Assembly: GCA_031367385.1 (NCBI GenBank)
Contig: JANLPS010000441.1
Coordinates: 1-42,833, forward strand
Source of the DNA: Archangium sp.
GTDB taxonomy: Bacteria; Myxococcota; Myxococcia; Myxococcales; Myxococcaceae
Length of the DNA: 42,833 nt
Reading direction: 5' to 3'
The notes below the pieces were generated by a model. The model was not told the origin of the DNA and did no database searches. It worked only from the letters and a program-made list of their open reading frames with translations. Positions 26,213-34,936 of this stretch are shown in pieces. The first letter of the stretch is position 1, and every line of letters starts with the position of its first letter. The position numbers were made by a program, and so were the translations under genes.

Positions 26213-26251
26213 CCGTTCACTGAGCGGAGCCAAAAGGCGACGTCGAAGGAC
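26213..26251 (+). repeat. REP-like element copy 2, intergenic after dctM
   Basis: CCGTTCACTGAGCGGAGCCAAAAGGCGACGTCGAAGGAC; shares the CTGAGCG...GTCGAAG frame with copy 1. Confidence 0.5.
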
Positions 26252-26271
26252 CCCTGCCCCCCCGGACCCGA

Positions 26272-26481
26272 CCGCGCAACCCCTTGAAACAGGCCCTGGC
26301 GACCCCCTTCCGAGCCCAAATCGCACTCAAACTGGCCCCCCACCCACCCCTTCGAGACCGATTTGGCCCGAAAGTGACCACCCCACCGTCGTTTGGCGCC
26401 CAAATTGGCCAGAAACTGGCCCCCCCACCGTGCTTTTGCGCCCAAATTGGCCAGAAACCGGCCCCCCCGAGGGCAACAGAA
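26272..26481. repeat. Degenerate tandem array, 5 units of 42 bp
   Basis: Units start at 26272, 26314, 26356, 26398 and 26440. The last two share GCCCAAATTGGCCAGAAAC-GGCCCCCCC. An AAA..G.CC core lies at the same offset in all five. Confidence 0.8.
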
Positions 26482-27576
26482 TCAACCAGGCGCCGCGGCT
26501 GCCGCTCGACCCCGGCGTTCGACCCAGCCACGCAACCACAACGCCGGCCGCTCGACCGCCCAGTGCAACCCGAGCCCCACCACCAGCGCGACGGCCGGGT
26601 ACGTCACCCACGCCACCGCGTCATGAGAGCCGAGCCACTCGCCGGCCCAGTCGTGCACGAGGTGAAACGCAATCTTGTGCGTCAAATACAAGCTGTACGA
26701 GATCGCCGCGATGCCCCCGGCACCTGGCACCCACAGCCGATTCACCCACGCCCGCTCACTGCACGCCGACGCGACCAAGCACCCCATCGCGAGCGCCAGT
26801 ACCGGGTACCCCACCACAGCGGCTCCTGCAGACGGAGCCTCCCAGAACACCGCCGCCGTCACCGCCGCGAACAGCACCGCCGCGCCGAACAGCACTCGCG
26901 GCCTGGCCATCAAGGCCGCCCACGTCTTCACCGAATACCGCTCGATCACCGCCAGTGTCACCCCCGCCACCAACCCATCGAGCCTGCACGGAGTCGGGTA
27001 ATAGATCCGCTCCAGGTACTTCTTGCCGAGGTCGCGCTCCTCGAGGCCCGCGAGCAGGTCGAACCAGACATGCGCCCGCCAGGCCATGCCGCCGAAGACC
27101 AGCACCGCGAGCACCACCATCGTGGCCGCCCGCGACGGTCGCCGGGTCAGCGCAAACGCGATCATCGGAAACAGCAGATAAAAATGCTCCTCCACGCACA
27201 GCGACCACACATGCGAGAACGCCTTGCCGCCGCGCGCATCGATGAACAGATTCTCGGTGAAGGTCAGAAACTGCCAGAGCGGCTGAATTTGAGGCCGTTC
27301 ACGGCACTGCGGCACCGCGAAGTACGCCGCGACCACCACTGCATACGCGGGCACGATTCGAAATAACCGGCGGCGATAGAAGGCGCCGACCCCGCTCCCG
27401 GCCAGCCACTGTCGGCCGATCAAAAACCCGCTGAGCACGAAGAAGAGATCAACGCCGACCCAGCCCCACTCGGTCAGCCCGAGCAGCGGCACTCCCAACG
27501 ACATGGTCTGCGCGTGAAAGGCCATCACCCACAGAATCGCGACCGCGCGCAGCACGTCGAGCCCCGCGAAGCGCAC
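26482..27576 (-). CDS. Acyltransferase family 3 (OafA/YrhL-like) membrane protein
   Basis: GLDVLRA, GVDLFFVLSGFLI, FYRRRLFRI, WSLCVEEHFY and ISYSLYLTH motifs. GTG at 27576 after GGAGG. Confidence 0.92.
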   Translation of the reverse strand: MRFAGLDVLRAVAILWVMAFHAQTMSLGVPLLGLTEWGWVGVDLFFVLSGFLIGRQWLAGSGVGAFYRRRLFRIVPAYAVVVAAYFAVPQCRERPQIQPLWQFLTFTENLFIDARGGKAFSHVWSLCVEEHFYLLFPMIAFALTRRPSRAATMVVLAVLVFGGMAWRAHVWFDLLAGLEERDLGKKYLERIYYPTPCRLDGLVAGVTLAVIERYSVKTWAALMARPRVLFGAAVLFAAVTAAVFWEAPSAGAAVVGYPVLALAMGCLVASACSERAWVNRLWVPGAGGIAAISYSLYLTHKIAFHLVHDWAGEWLGSHDAVAWVTYPAVALVVGLGLHWAVERPALWLRGWVERRGRAAAAAPG

Positions 27577-27639
27577 CCTGCTACCTCCACGTGTCGCGAC
27601 GATGAACGTTGAAGGCACCACTTGACCGAAGCGCGCGAG

Positions 27640-28227
27640 TCACCAGGCGATGCCCAGGCAAAAGTTGCGTCCGTTGTCATCGCAGTCGACCAGCGTGGTG
27701 GTGATCTGCACGTTGCAGGGCAAACCCAGCCCGACCTTCACCACGCCGCTCTGAACGCTCGGCCCCAGAACATCGCCGGAGTAGCGAAGCTCGGCGCTGC
27801 GCTCGCTCTCGCGTTCGACCTTCCTCGTCCCAAAACTGTAGGTGATGTCATAGGCGACTGCTGCGTAGGCGAGCATGCGATGAACGTTTGCTCCGTTCAG
27901 GGTCTGCATCAGCTGCCCCGGCGGCGATTCGAGAAACGACCGGGTGCCGACGTCGCCGACTGATTCGAGCACCGGGTGCAGCTGCTCACCACCGGCGAGC
28001 CGATGCTCGACCAGCACCTGGGTCAACGCCAGAAAATCGGCCCCGGGGTATTTCAAGAACGGAATAACGCGTTTGGGGAAGTGCCCCCGGGCCCGCAGCT
28101 CGGCGATTGGCGTATCACCCAGCGACCTCGCCACCACCTGCATGAGCGCCGAGAAGACGAAGCCGCTGATCCGCTCATCGGGCGTCGCCAGCTCGCGTCG
28201 TCGCTTGAGTCGCTCCAGAGTGTCCAT
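27640..28227 (-). CDS. DUF2378 / TIGR02265 family myxobacterial protein
   Basis: ATG at 28227. LKRRRELATPDERISG, FLKYP..DFL, FLESPPGQ and YSFGTRKV patterns. Confidence 0.78.
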   Translation of the reverse strand: MDTLERLKRRRELATPDERISGFVFSALMQVVARSLGDTPIAELRARGHFPKRVIPFLKYPGADFLALTQVLVEHRLAGGEQLHPVLESVGDVGTRSFLESPPGQLMQTLNGANVHRMLAYAAVAYDITYSFGTRKVERESERSAELRYSGDVLGPSVQSGVVKVGLGLPCNVQITTTLVDCDDNGRNFCLGIAW

Positions 28228-28340
28228 GGTGGCGCCGTGCAGCGTGACCGAAGCCTTGCCGATTGTCGCCCCCTTCGTGCGGTGACCCCACCTGCGCTCA
28301 TTTCTAGAAGCTCCTTCGCGCAGCGGAGCTCGACCGCCGA

Positions 28341-29924
28341 TTACCTCGCGAGCTCTGACGTCGTCGTCCCATCGTCTTTCGTGCCCATCGGCTGGCTCAG
28401 GCTCGAGCTCACCTGCGCGGCGGTCAACCCGGGGTTCGAGAGCATCGCCTCGGCGACTTCCTTCGCGAGCGCCAACCGGCCCTGCGTGTGGTCGAGCAAT
28501 CGGGCATCGAGCCGCGCGAGCTGCCCCTTGACCATCGCCGCGCTCGGAGTGCGCCTCGCCAGATCTCGCTCGCACAACCCCAAGACAATCGCGTCGAGCT
28601 CCGGCGGGCACTCCGGTCGCAACCGGCTCGGCGGCTCAATCACCCGCTCGAGCGTCGCCGTCATTCGTTCAAGCTCACCCTCGGCTTGAAAGAGCCGCAC
28701 GTTGGTGAGCAGCTCGTACAGCGTGACGCCGAGCGCGAACAAATCGGCCCGCGCATCATACGGCTGCCCCCGAAGCTGTTCGGGCGAGGTGTAGCCGAGC
28801 TTGCCGCGCACCACTCCGGTTCGAGTCGTCGACTCGGCCTGATCACTTCGCGCGATGCCGAAGTCGGCCAGCTTCACCTCGCCGATACGGCTCACCATGA
28901 TGTTTGGAGGGTTCAAATCGCGGTGCACCAGATTCAGCGGCACGCCATTCGTACCCACGCGCCCATGAATGTACTCGAGCGCCTCGGCCACCGCGTAGGC
29001 CACCCACACCACAGCGTTGATCGACAACACCCGGTTCTTCGCACGCAGCGCCGCGAGCAACCGGCTGGCCGGCATGCCGTCGATGAACTCCATCGCGAGA
29101 AAATAGGTCGCCCCGTCAGAGCCGAAGTCGAGCACCTGCACGATGTTTGGGTGGGCCAGCGTGGCGCCCAGCTCGGCCTCGCGCCGAAACAGGCTCACCC
29201 ACTGCGGGTTCTCGGCGAAGCTGGGCAGAATGCGCTTCACCGCGACCTTGCGCTCGAAGCCGCCCTCGGGGCTGTAGGTCGCGTGAAACACCTCGGCCAT
29301 GCCGCCCGCGCCCAGGCGCTCTCCGAGAATGTATTTGCCCAGCAGGTCTTTCTGCCGCGACTCGACGACGAGCTGCCGCACCCGCTCGACCAGCACCGTC
29401 ATGCAGATGGCCAGCCCCACCATGGTGAAGCTGACCAGCAGGTACGGCACCAACAACACCCGCGGGTAGGTCACCAGCGTCAGCCCGAGCTGCGCCGAGA
29501 CCCAGGTCGCGACGATCACCGGGCGAGACATCGAGAGGGTCGACATCGCCACCAGCCCCAGCATCAAGGCGATGTTGCCGGGCACCACGATCATCCAGTC
29601 AGCTGCCGCCTGCCCCTGAAACCACTGAATCGCCACCACCAATGGCACGTCGAGCACCGCCGTCGCATAGGCAGGCCAAAAGGCCTTGGTCTTGCGAACG
29701 ACCACCGCCAAGATCACCGCGGCGACCAGATACAGCGAGCCACCGACGATCGACGGCCGGGTATCGATGCCCTGGGCGGGTATGAGCGCCATCGCCAACA
29801 CCGACGCCACCCCGACGATCAAGCGCACCACCGACATTCGAGCAATGGTGCGCAGCTGCTCGTTGCGTACGACCAACGCGAGCGCGCCGCGCGCAGCAGA
29901 ATTCAGGGGCCGAGGGGTCAGCAC
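28341..29924 (-). CDS. Ser/Thr protein kinase with an N-terminal multi-pass membrane domain
   Basis: About 6 hydrophobic helices, then GAGGMAEV, VAVK, HRDLNPPN, DFG and YTSPE. Confidence 0.92.
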   Translation of the reverse strand: MLTPRPLNSAARGALALVVRNEQLRTIARMSVVRLIVGVASVLAMALIPAQGIDTRPSIVGGSLYLVAAVILAVVVRKTKAFWPAYATAVLDVPLVVAIQWFQGQAAADWMIVVPGNIALMLGLVAMSTLSMSRPVIVATWVSAQLGLTLVTYPRVLLVPYLLVSFTMVGLAICMTVLVERVRQLVVESRQKDLLGKYILGERLGAGGMAEVFHATYSPEGGFERKVAVKRILPSFAENPQWVSLFRREAELGATLAHPNIVQVLDFGSDGATYFLAMEFIDGMPASRLLAALRAKNRVLSINAVVWVAYAVAEALEYIHGRVGTNGVPLNLVHRDLNPPNIMVSRIGEVKLADFGIARSDQAESTTRTGVVRGKLGYTSPEQLRGQPYDARADLFALGVTLYELLTNVRLFQAEGELERMTATLERVIEPPSRLRPECPPELDAIVLGLCERDLARRTPSAAMVKGQLARLDARLLDHTQGRLALAKEVAEAMLSNPGLTAAQVSSSLSQPMGTKDDGTTTSELAR

Positions 29925-29945
29925 GACGCCAGACCTTAGCCTCGA

Positions 29946-31835
29946 TTAGAGAGCGGCCGCAGTCTTCGTCGCAGGGGTGGGGTGCTCTGCGCGGTACTTC
30001 GTGTACCACCCATCGGGGTCACCCAGAATCGGGCGCACCACGGTGCCCTGCAGGTCGACTCCCGCGGTCAAGGCGCGAACCTTCACCAGCAACGCGCCCC
30101 ACGGGTAGAGTTTGCCGGCCTGGGCCGCCGACTCGCCGCTCTCAGAGAGGCGCAGGTCGCCGTCGATCTGCAGCTTCGACGAGTCGACCCGCAACTTGCG
30201 TATCTCGATGTCTTTCTCGTGCACGGTCAGCTCGGTCGCGAACCGAACGTTCGGTACGTCAGCGAAAGACTTCAGCGCCCCCGGCACCGGAGCGTTCGCC
30301 GCCACCATCGCCAACACCGGCTGCAGGTTCGAGAAGGTCATCGACATCTTGGTCGCCCACTTCACCGCGCCCTTCGGAGCGGCAGTGCACGGGTCGGCGG
30401 CGAGCTTGACCCACACATCGCGGTACACCGCGCCGTCGGCCCACACGCCGATGTCGTTGAGCCCGATGGTGCTGCCCGAGATGTCCATCGCGCCGGTGTC
30501 GATGTTGACGTCGTTGATCTGCCCATGCACCGTGGCGTGCCCGGTCACGGTGGCGCTGCGGTTCTTGAGCGCCATCTGGTTGCCCTCGAGGTCGAAGGCG
30601 CCCTTGCCGTGGTGGGTGCGGGTCGACAGGCTGAATTTACCGGTCAGCACGCCGCCGCCACTGGTGATGTGCATGCCCGTGCCCTCGGGGATGAAGCTGT
30701 TGAGCACCCTCAAGTCATGCAACTGACCCCGCTCGAGCGCGAGGTCGAGGTTCGCGTACGAGATCTTGAGCAGCTGCGCAGCGGTCGAGCCCTCGATGTC
30801 GAGGTTCGTGGCGGTGAACGCCTTCTTGCTGTCTTTGCGCTGAATGCCGACCAGCTCGGGCACGCGTACGTTGAAGAAGGTCGTGCCTTTCTTCACCTCG
30901 CCGCGAATCGCCGCTCTGCCAGCCAGCTCGAAGAAGGGCAGCTGCATCACCACCCGCGAGGTGTCGAAGGCCACGGTGCTGCCGTCTTGAAACGCGCCAT
31001 CGCGAAGGCTCAGGTCGAGGGTGACCTTGCCGCTGCCTTCTTGAAGGATCAGGTCGGGGTCGTGAATCATCGAGTTGATGAACCCGATGTTCTGGGTCTG
31101 CGCCTGCATGGCGATCGACGCGGTGATGCCGTTGAGCATCTTCTCGGTGTCGACCTTCACCAACGAGACCTCGTCGAGGCTGGCCTTGAGCACTAACGAC
31201 GAAATCTTCACCATCGGCTTGCCGGCACGGGTCAGCTGCAAGGCCACGTTGTTGAGCTCGACCCCCGGCACTTCGACGAACTTGAACGCCTCGAACTCGA
31301 ACGAGCCATCGACGTCGATGCGCCCGTCGAACTTCATCTCGTTGATCCACACCTCCGAGAGGTTGGTCACGTGCAGCGACCCGAGCCTGACCCGCAGCGG
31401 CTTGGCCGGCGGCGGTACGGGCGAGAGCGCGATCGAGTCGTACCCGGGTATCGGCGGCATCAACGCTGCCGTCTCGGGCTTGATCTTCTCGTCGTCGAGC
31501 CGCTCGCGGAGCCTGAAGACCAGCCCCTCGCCCTTGAGGTTGGTCGCGTAGAACGTGTTGTTCAGCAACGTCCACGGGTAGATGTCGCCCGAGGCGACGT
31601 CGGCACTGATGTAGACCTGAACCGCCGGGTCTTGAACCGAGATTCGAAGGTCTTCGGCGACGATGTGAAACGGCACCAGCGAGTACGCGCGCGAGTAGCG
31701 CAGCTGCACGATGTCGGGCGCCATCATCATCAGCTTGCCGGCGTACGGCGTCATCAAGAAGCCGTTGACCCCCACGTAGTACACCAGGGTCACCCCCAGG
31801 CAGATTTTGAAAACGAGGCTGATCAGTCTGCGCAT
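29946..31835 (-). CDS. Large beta-rich envelope protein (AsmA-like)
   Basis: Likely ATG at 31835. One N-terminal TM anchor followed by about 600 aa of repeating beta-strand pattern. Confidence 0.6.
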   Translation of the reverse strand: MRRLISLVFKICLGVTLVYYVGVNGFLMTPYAGKLMMMAPDIVQLRYSRAYSLVPFHIVAEDLRISVQDPAVQVYISADVASGDIYPWTLLNNTFYATNLKGEGLVFRLRERLDDEKIKPETAALMPPIPGYDSIALSPVPPPAKPLRVRLGSLHVTNLSEVWINEMKFDGRIDVDGSFEFEAFKFVEVPGVELNNVALQLTRAGKPMVKISSLVLKASLDEVSLVKVDTEKMLNGITASIAMQAQTQNIGFINSMIHDPDLILQEGSGKVTLDLSLRDGAFQDGSTVAFDTSRVVMQLPFFELAGRAAIRGEVKKGTTFFNVRVPELVGIQRKDSKKAFTATNLDIEGSTAAQLLKISYANLDLALERGQLHDLRVLNSFIPEGTGMHITSGGGVLTGKFSLSTRTHHGKGAFDLEGNQMALKNRSATVTGHATVHGQINDVNIDTGAMDISGSTIGLNDIGVWADGAVYRDVWVKLAADPCTAAPKGAVKWATKMSMTFSNLQPVLAMVAANAPVPGALKSFADVPNVRFATELTVHEKDIEIRKLRVDSSKLQIDGDLRLSESGESAAQAGKLYPWGALLVKVRALTAGVDLQGTVVRPILGDPDGWYTKYRAEHPTPATKTAAAL

Positions 31836-32109
31836 GCGCGGGGTAACTTCATGAAGTGAGCCAGGTGTTTGGCCACGTTTTGGCCCCAATTCCTACGCCG
31901 AAACGCCCCTGTGTGCGCCTTCGCCACAACGAGGCCCGCGCCTCCAGGTGAATCGGCAGAATTTTGCGACCAGACTGCCACGCAAACGGTTTGGCCCTGA
32001 GCGTTGAACCTGGCGTCGGCGAAGGCACGTTTCCCTCGCAAGGGCGGGGGCTTGCACGGGCGATATCGTTCGATGCCGCTTCGGCGCGACGAATGCAGAG
32101 CGTGCTCGC

Positions 32110-33204
32110 ATGAAGACCCCCGCGCTCGACCAACTGATCCGCTCCTCGGCTCGCATGCCGGGCGTGATCTCCTTCGGTGGCGGCATGCCCGCGAGCTCCA
32201 CGTTTCCCAAGACCGGGCTCGCCAACGCGGCCACCCACGCCATTCTCGAGATGCAGGAGGCCCTGCAGTACGACTGGCCAGAAGGCCGCCGGCCGCTTCG
32301 AGACCACATCGCCGCCCGGTTGCGCGCTCGCGGCGCCGACGTCGACGCCGACGACGTGCTCATCACCAACGGCGGCCAAGATGCCCTGGCCCTGGTGCTC
32401 GACCTGCTGGCGCCCAAAGCCGTGCAGGTCGACGCCGAGACGTATTCGGGAGCGCTCGACGTGATGAAGCGCCACGGCTGCGAGGCCATCGCCGGCCACC
32501 GTTTGCCGATGCGGTACGCAATGCCCGCCTTGCAAAACCCCCGCGGCCTCACCGCGACGGCCGAGCAACGCGCCGATATTCTGGAGTCTGACTTCGTCAT
32601 CGAAGACGACGCGTACGCCGACCTGCTGTTCGACCAAACCGCCCCCCGGCCGCTGCTCGCCGACGCGCGCAACCAGGTCTTTCACGTCGGCACGTTCTCG
32701 AAGGTGCTCTCGCCTGGGTTGCGGGTGGGGTGGCTGGTGCCTCCGCGCGAGTTTCTGCGGGCGGCCCGAGAGCTCAAGTCGAGCCGCGATTTGCAGACGA
32801 GCGGGCTCTGCCAGGCCCTCGTCGAGCAGTTGCTCGGCTCGCCCCGGTTCAATGAGCGCTTGGCCTCGCTGCGCACGCACTATCGACAACGCGCCGAGCT
32901 GTTGCTGAGCCACTTGCCCCGCCTGCACAACGTTCGCTTCACCATGCCGAGCGGCGGCTTCACGGTGTGGGTCGAGACCAACGACTGCTACGCGAGTGAC
33001 GAAGCCTTGTTGAGCGCTGCGGTGAAGAACGGCGTGGCCTTCGACCCCGGGTGCTTGTTTCGAGTCAACACCAAACGAGGCCAGCCCGCAGCGATGCGAC
33101 TGGCGTTCTCGTCGGTCGATGAAGCCGCGATCGCGACCGGCATCGAGCGCCTTCAAAAAACCCTTCACGAGGCGAGCGCGAAACGCCACCGCCAGGCCGC
33201 CTGA
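32110..33204 (+). CDS. PLP-dependent aminotransferase (MocR/LysN-like, no HTH)
   Basis: ISFGGGMP, ITNGGQ, QNPRG, IEDDAY, GTFSKVLSPGLRVGW (PLP Lys) and MRLAFS motifs. Confidence 0.9.
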   Translation: MKTPALDQLIRSSARMPGVISFGGGMPASSTFPKTGLANAATHAILEMQEALQYDWPEGRRPLRDHIAARLRARGADVDADDVLITNGGQDALALVLDLLAPKAVQVDAETYSGALDVMKRHGCEAIAGHRLPMRYAMPALQNPRGLTATAEQRADILESDFVIEDDAYADLLFDQTAPRPLLADARNQVFHVGTFSKVLSPGLRVGWLVPPREFLRAARELKSSRDLQTSGLCQALVEQLLGSPRFNERLASLRTHYRQRAELLLSHLPRLHNVRFTMPSGGFTVWVETNDCYASDEALLSAAVKNGVAFDPGCLFRVNTKRGQPAAMRLAFSSVDEAAIATGIERLQKTLHEASAKRHRQAA

Positions 33205-33225
33205 AGAAAGAAAAGAGAGAGCACC

Positions 33226-33687
33226 ATGAAACGTGGAATTGGATTGATGTGCTTGTCGGGGTTGGTCGGGTTGTTTCTCACCGCGCAACAGCGCAATGAC
33301 CACCCGGCGTCGACCTTGGTGGCCGAGCCGATGGGTACCGTCATCGCGCAGAACGCCGGGCAAGGAGGTGGCCCGAGCTCCAGCATGGGCGGCGGCCCCG
33401 GCAACGTTCGCCCGGGTGCGGGCGGTGGCGTGGGCCCGGTCGGCGGCGGCCCGGGCGGCATCGGCGGAGGCAATGGAGGTTCGGGTGGCGGCACCGCGCT
33501 CCCCAACGGCGGTCTCGGCGGCGGCACCGGCACGCTCCCGGGCGGGGGGTACGGCGGGGGCAGCAATGGCACGCTCCCCGGCGGTGGCTCGGGCGGGGGC
33601 AATGGCATGCCTGGCGGGGGCTCCGGCGGCGGGGGCGCGGGCCCTCTGCCCGGCGGCTTCGGCGGCGGCGCGCCAGGCATCAAGTAG
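33226..33687 (+). CDS. Exported glycine-rich repeat protein
   Basis: Purine-rich RBS region, hydrophobic N-terminus, then (G/N)xLPGGGxGGG repeats. Confidence 0.7.
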   Translation: MKRGIGLMCLSGLVGLFLTAQQRNDHPASTLVAEPMGTVIAQNAGQGGGPSSSMGGGPGNVRPGAGGGVGPVGGGPGGIGGGNGGSGGGTALPNGGLGGGTGTLPGGGYGGGSNGTLPGGGSGGGNGMPGGGSGGGGAGPLPGGFGGGAPGIK

Positions 33688-33722
33688 AAACAAAAAGGGC
33701 CCGGTCCCCCGACCGAGCCCTT
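33688..33722 (-). terminator. Rho-independent terminator downstream of the cold-shock gene (possibly bidirectional)
   Basis: Minus strand reads AAGGGCTCGGTC-GGGG-GACCGGGCCCTT followed by TTTGTTT; lies between convergent genes. Confidence 0.75.
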
Positions 33723-33746
33723 CTCATTCACCGCACTGACGGTGAC

Positions 33747-33956
33747 TTAGTTCTCGGCTGCTCGCACGTTCTGCGCCTGCAGACCCTTGGGGCCCTTCGC
33801 AAGCTCGAACTGCACTTTCTGCCCTTCAGCCAGGGTTCGAAACCCGTCCATCTGAATCGACGTGTGGTGGCAGAAAACGTCTTCGCCGCCGCCGTCTTGA
33901 ACGATGAACCCAAAGCCCTTCGCGTCGTTGAACCACTTCACAGTACCAATTGCCAT
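33747..33956 (-). CDS. csp: Cold-shock protein (CspA family)
   Basis: [18 protein letters not shown]...DVFCHHTSI...[11 protein letters not shown]...[11 protein letters not shown] at 33956. Confidence 0.97.
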   Translation of the reverse strand: MAIGTVKWFNDAKGFGFIVQDGGGEDVFCHHTSIQMDGFRTLAEGQKVQFELAKGPKGLQAQNVRAAEN

Positions 33957-34099
33957 GTGACGTACGTCTTTCGTTGCGGGTCGGAATGTCAGTTGGGGCC
34001 CCGCCTTCTCCCGACCGACGGCGCGCACCGTAGCGCCAGCGAAAAGCCGTCGTCCATTGCAAGACGCAACTATTTCTCAGAATTCGATACGGCCAGGTG

Positions 34100-34936
34100 T
34101 CAGCGAATGCCCAAGACGTCGCGCACCACCCGGGCGATGCCTCCGCCCGAGGTGGAGGTTTCTGGCAACACCGAAGTCGCCGCGCGCTTCACGGCCTCGG
34201 GCGCCTGCCCCATCGCGAAGGAGCGGCCCGCCGCTTCGAACATCGGCAGATCATTGAGCCAGTCACCCACCGCGACCGTGTCTGCCATCGCGACGCCCGA
34301 GTGCTCGGCGATGAAGCGCAGGGCCGTGCCTTTCGAGACCCCAACCGACCGCGCGATCAACCCCCAGGCGCCGTCATGCATTTGAAATGAGAGCACCTGC
34401 GCGTGCTCCGCGAGCTCGGCGCGAATCGAATCGCTGGTGCCGCGAATCTGCTGCTCGGTGCCGACCGAGACCACGGCGGTGACTCCGGTCGCGCCGCGGG
34501 CCCAGGCGCCGTGCTCGAACACGCTGTCGACTTGCTGCAGCTGCTCAGACCACCCGCGCACGGAGGGCAAGTGCCCCGCGCCCGCGTCGTCGTGCACCAC
34601 GGTGTCGCCCACGAAGAGAAAGGTCGAGGCCTGGGCGCGCGCGAAGAGTTGCTGCAGCTGCACAGCGGCGGGCCCGGCGATGGTGCGATGCAACAAGCTC
34701 TCTTGGGTCGTCGCGTGAACGATGTGCGCACCGTCGGCGCAGCCTAAGGGGCCGTCGAGGCCGAGGGCTCTGGCGGCGGCACGGGTCCCGGCGATCAAAC
34801 GGCCGGTGAGAATGGTGACGGTGACGCCGGCTTCACGCGCGGCTCGCAGGGCCTTCACGTCGGCCTCGTGCGGCACGCCCGTGCGCGACAGCAAGGTGCC
34901 GTCGAGGTCGACCGCGAGCAGCGTGCGGCCGCTCAA
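34100..34936 (-). CDS. Cof-type HAD-IIB hydrolase
   Basis: DLDGT, TGR, SKG and GDWLNDLPM motifs; 4-bp overlap with sucB. Confidence 0.9.
   Translation of the reverse strand: MSGRTLLAVDLDGTLLSRTGVPHEADVKALRAAREAGVTVTILTGRLIAGTRAAARALGLDGPLGCADGAHIVHATTQESLLHRTIAGPAAVQLQQLFARAQASTFLFVGDTVVHDDAGAGHLPSVRGWSEQLQQVDSVFEHGAWARGATGVTAVVSVGTEQQIRGTSDSIRAELAEHAQVLSFQMHDGAWGLIARSVGVSKGTALRFIAEHSGVAMADTVAVGDWLNDLPMFEAAGRSFAMGQAPEAVKRAATSVLPETSTSGGGIARVVRDVLGIR

Noticed and set aside
26272..26481. CRISPR array interpretation of the 42-bp periodic repeat
   Set aside because: The repeats are degenerate, the variable parts are only about 14 nt and resemble each other, and there are no cas genes or AT-rich leader in the window.
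26284..27366. 360-aa plus-strand ORF
   Set aside because: It consists of the 42-bp repeat plus the antisense of the acyltransferase; an Arg/His/Pro-rich shadow frame.
31836..32109. Possible sigma-54 promoter (TGGCCACGTTTTGGC) in the divergent intergenic region
   Set aside because: It does not match TGGCAC-N5-TTGC in sequence or spacing.
33226..33687. Gly-rich protein as a RiPP/bacteriocin precursor
   Set aside because: No modifying enzymes, peptidase or exporter nearby, and no recognisable leader.
33957..34095. Possible sigma-70 promoter and structured 5' UTR of the cold-shock gene
   Set aside because: Only weak -35/-10 matches and a short imperfect stem (GTCGGGA/TTCCGAC); not supportable without TSS data.
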